From the IMG/VR virus record IMGVR_UViG_3300050343_000199, positions 96,001 to 160,000 of that record: a stretch of DNA of 64,000 bases, one strand, 5' to 3'. Under the pieces are notes generated by a model. It did no database searches. It had not been told where the DNA came from and worked only from the letters and a program-made list of their open reading frames with translations. Below, one piece after another: positions 63,350 to 64,000 of the stretch (the stretch's first letter is position 1; each line of letters opens with the position of its first letter). This DNA is from a virus. Position numbers and translations under genes: made by a program.

Positions 63350-64000
63350 TGCTTCTGTAGGGTGAAGTTATTGTATGCAAACTCCATACGATTGACAAAC
63401 TTAATCATATCACCATCCTTATGAAGAACATATCCTTCTGGAGTTGTGACCTTATATCCTTTCTCTGTCTGGACATAGGTCCGGAACTCTTCAAGGTGGT
63501 CAAGCTTATCTATAACCATTTGCTTGACTGTCTGTAATTCTTTATACAAAGAGAGCATTGATTTAAACTTGTACACATTATCTACAACATAGTTCTGACT
63601 GTTATATACAAGATTTCTTTTTGCTGTTAGGTTTGCAACTGTCTTAATTTTTGCAAGTTCTTTTTCCATCTTATCGCCATAGAAATTAAGCATGTCATAC
63701 ATTGCTTCATCTACATTTCCAATACCACGAGCATTCTTAATTTCATTATTAAAGAACTGTTTTAGATAAGATGCAATATGAAACTTCTTATCTCCAGTAG
63801 TACCAGTAAGAACTACCAGTTCATCTAGAAAATCTCCACAGATCTGACACATGCGTTCAATCTTAGTAATATAACTATCAAATTTTTTCATTTCAGTTGG
63901 ACTAAATCCAACTTTATTCATGGGAGTATCATTTTTTATGACTAATGCATCAGTAGATCCATTAACATCAGCTCCAGCAAGTGCTTGCATAGATTGAAAG
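63340..64000 (-). CDS. Conserved hypothetical protein upstream of the cytidyltransferase (5' truncated)
   Basis: Frame open to the window edge; TPEGYV, IKFVNR.EF...NF C-terminus. Confidence 0.8.
   Translation of the reverse strand, partial: FQSMQALAGADVNGSTDALVIKNDTPMNKVGFSPTEMKKFDSYITKIERMCQICGDFLDELVVLTGTTGDKKFHIASYLKQFFNNEIKNARGIGNVDEAMYDMLNFYGDKMEKELAKIKTVANLTAKRNLVYNSQNYVVDNVYKFKSMLSLYKELQTVKQMVIDKLDHLEEFRTYVQTEKGYKVTTPEGYVLHKDGDMIKFVNRMEFAYNNFTLQKQWR

Noticed and set aside
1-64000. CRISPR array, diversity-generating retroelement, integrase or IS element
   Set aside because: No spaced identical repeats, reverse transcriptase, TR/VR pair, recombinase or transposase motifs were seen by eye; observed repeats are coding or short dispersed motifs.

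Overview
A 64-kb segment of a T4-like cyanomyovirus, most likely infecting marine Synechococcus (psbA/psbD, hli, cp12, talC, phoH, thyX, nrdAB; tRNA set biased to U34 anticodons). Nearly all genes are on the minus strand. In coordinate order: the 5' ~9 kb of a giant (>2985 aa) fibre/virion protein missed by the ORF track; a tRNA/ncRNA-rich accessory island; the baseplate-hub/tail module (split gp5, gp27-like, two tape-measure-like paralogues, gp51, gp26, gp54-like, gp4, gp2, gp48, gp53); gp32, gp33, exonuclease, phoH, thyX; the photosynthesis block; a convergent cluster of envelope-targeted unknowns; an S8 protease and two fibre-like genes; a second tRNA cluster; nrdB/nrdA, primase, and conserved late/head genes. 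Ten tRNAs were read directly. The top observations are RNA-level. (1) A circularly permuted two-piece tmRNA whose intervening segment is essentially a complete tRNA-Tyr gene. (2) Tandem glutamine (glnA-type) aptamers, the second holding a whole 54-codon ORF in its P2 loop, upstream of a DUF4278-like gene. (3) A canonical -1 frameshift signal (U_UUU_UUC, 7-nt spacer, 11-bp hairpin) that would fuse gp26 to gp51 directly upstream of the tape-measure-like genes. (4) A 128-codon membrane-protein ORF overprinted on the nrdA.1-like gene, with the better SD and a late promoter. Family names come from motif recognition by eye, and novelty could not be checked against databases.
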